Assembly: GCA_035285545.1 (NCBI GenBank)
Contig: JAYKGY010000022.1
Span: forward strand, 1-64,000
Length of the DNA stretch: 64,000 nucleotides
Direction of reading: 5' to 3'
From: Snowella sp.
GTDB taxonomy: Bacteria > Cyanobacteriota > Cyanobacteriia > Cyanobacteriales > Microcystaceae
The notes below the pieces were generated by a model. That model did no database searches, was not told where the DNA came from, and saw nothing but the letters and a program-made list of their open reading frames with translations. Below, piece after piece: positions 63,864-64,000 of the stretch (positions within the stretch are counted from its first letter, which is position 1; the number at the start of each line of letters is the position of its first letter). Both the position numbers and the translations under genes were made by a program.

Positions 63864-64000
63864 ATGGCATATTACTGGTTTAAAGCATTTCATTTGATTG
63901 GTGTAGTGGTTTGGTTTGCCGGCTTATTTTATCTGGTGCGGCTTTTTGTTTATCATGCAGAAGCCAATGAACAGCCCGAACCGGCCCAATCCATCCTGAA
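63864..64000 (+). CDS. hemJ: Protoporphyrinogen oxidase HemJ (partial, not in the ORF track)
   Basis: MAYYWFKAFHLIGVVVWFAGLFYLVRLFVYHAEA... runs off the window end. Confidence 0.92.
   Translation, partial: MAYYWFKAFHLIGVVVWFAGLFYLVRLFVYHAEANEQPEPAQSIL

Overview
A 64-kb chromosomal window from a unicellular cyanobacterium. The evidence is dense HIP1 GCGATCGC octamers, ndhO, crtR, PSRP-3 and a cyanobacterial-type atp1 operon. A Synechocystis/Snowella/Woronichinia-like lineage is my inference. Most genes are housekeeping: metH, ureA/ureB, trpD, mdh, pth, folE, ndk, rpsD, miaE, atp1-atpB-E-F2-F-H-A-G, glmM, nnr, menG, lepB, pyrC and the start of hemJ. Accessory elements are three type II toxin-antitoxin loci (brnT is cut by an ISL3-type element at the left edge), an ISKra4 remnant, several MITE-like inverted repeats and small AT-rich orphan cassettes. 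The most notable observations are: (i) xdhAB behind a textbook NtcA class II promoter whose -10 is covered by a perfect 17-bp palindrome; (ii) a divergent CBS-PAS-PAS-GAF-PAS kinase whose GAF looks like a CcaS/RcaE-type cyanobacteriochrome with an altered protochromic triad; (iii) an AT-rich two-gene orphan cassette after the atp terminator; (iv) two head-to-head orphan genes whose start codons share one CATG; (v) a hybrid kinase split by a single in-frame TAA and lacking its receiver Asp; (vi) helically phased DnaA-box-like repeats. I saw no CRISPR array, rRNA or tRNA. All family calls come from motif recognition by eye, not from database searches.
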